From contig CAWJOA010000005.1 of NCBI GenBank assembly GCA_963844415.1, forward strand, positions 412,876 through 476,875: DNA of 64,000 nt, written 5' to 3'. How positions within the stretch are numbered: position 1 is the stretch's first letter; each line of letters starts with the position of its first letter. This stretch comes from an uncultured Chloroflexia bacterium. Its GTDB lineage: Bacteria > Chloroflexota > Limnocylindria > QHBO01. The translations under genes and the position numbers were made by a program. Below, piece by piece: positions 63,388 to 64,000 of the stretch. A model generated the notes under the pieces. The model had not been told where the DNA came from. It saw only the letters and a list, made by a program, of their open reading frames with translations, and ran no database searches.

Positions 63388-64000
63388 ATGATTCCGTTCT
63401 GGGCGCTGGCGCTGGTTGCCGGCACTGCGATGGTGGCGGTGCTGCTGATGCTTGCTGCACGTCGGTTCAGCCCTCAGGGGCTACTCCACGATTCCGTTCC
63501 TGCCGCGGCCGTCTTCGGAGTGCTCGGCGTCGCGTTTGCCGTGATTCTCGCGTTCGTCATGTTCCTTGGGTTCGATAACTACGTCGTGGCCAGCGAAGGG
63601 GCGTCCCGCGAGGCCGTCGCGGTATCCCAATTGGCGCGCGTCAGCCGGTTGTTTCCCGATGCGCAGGGCGAAGAGCTCCGTGATGACCTCGGGTGCTATG
63701 CACGCGCCGTCATCTCGGACGAGTGGCCACTGATGCGCGAAGGCCGCGAGAGCGACGTGGTCCTCGGCTGGCTCGCGCAGATTGAAACGACGATCAACGA
63801 GATGCCCATCGATGACGGTGTGAGCCAGATCGCACTCGGCCACTGGCTGGATGAGCAGGCGGTCCGAAGAGAGGGCAGGCGGGCGCGGCTTGCCCAAGCC
63901 GCGCCGACCATCCCCGCCTCGGTCTGGTCGATGCTGGTGCTCGGGGCGGTCCTCACCGTCGCTTACGTGATCGTGTTTGCCGACCGGCGCGAGCGCTGGT
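63388..64000 (+). CDS. DUF4239-like membrane protein, 3' end outside window
   Basis: ATG 63388 directly follows AGGAAG. The frame stays open to the window end. MIPFWALALVAGTAMVAVLLMLAA...ISDEWPLMREG...IPASVWSMLVLGAVL. Absent from the track because it has no stop in the window. Confidence 0.55.
   Translation, partial: MIPFWALALVAGTAMVAVLLMLAARRFSPQGLLHDSVPAAAVFGVLGVAFAVILAFVMFLGFDNYVVASEGASREAVAVSQLARVSRLFPDAQGEELRDDLGCYARAVISDEWPLMREGRESDVVLGWLAQIETTINEMPIDDGVSQIALGHWLDEQAVRREGRRARLAQAAPTIPASVWSMLVLGAVLTVAYVIVFADRRERW

Overview
High-GC (about 70%) chromosomal segment, Actinomycetota- or Chloroflexota-like. It is mostly housekeeping and metabolic operons. Recognisable blocks: a cyanophycin cluster (cphB-cphA, a convergent CphA paralogue lacking the ATP-grasp domain, an M20 peptidase); a lipoate-dependent 2-oxoacid dehydrogenase block (thioesterase-lpd-E1alpha-E1beta-E2, lipA-lipB); an ECF sigma/anti-sigma pair next to a tandem-cyclase/AAA/TPR protein; a ~2100-aa secreted multidomain protein carrying a perfect 15-bp coding tandem repeat; ggt; two ABC-2 exporter operons; pgsA-plsY; ndh; aceE; a DUF2089-DUF4097 operon; MFS, APC and SulP transporters. 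Two accessory segments stand out. (1) 36.9-42.7 kb is a lower-GC stretch of orphan and decayed genes with no mobility genes. It holds a dispersed palindromic repeat family and an ~0.8-kb T-depleted purine-rich tract. (2) 57.4-60.3 kb is a CDF plus ChrA cassette bracketed by an intact tRNA-Arg(TCG) and a copy of that tRNA's 5' half plus upstream flank. At least 15 local reading-frame breaks interrupt otherwise well-conserved genes. Assembly indel error is the leading explanation, but real pseudogenisation cannot be excluded from sequence alone. At least 12 genes show a TANNNT box 6-7 nt before the start codon, which suggests leaderless mRNAs. No rRNA, CRISPR array, integrase or transposase was found. 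Function calls rest on motif recognition by eye; no database search was run.
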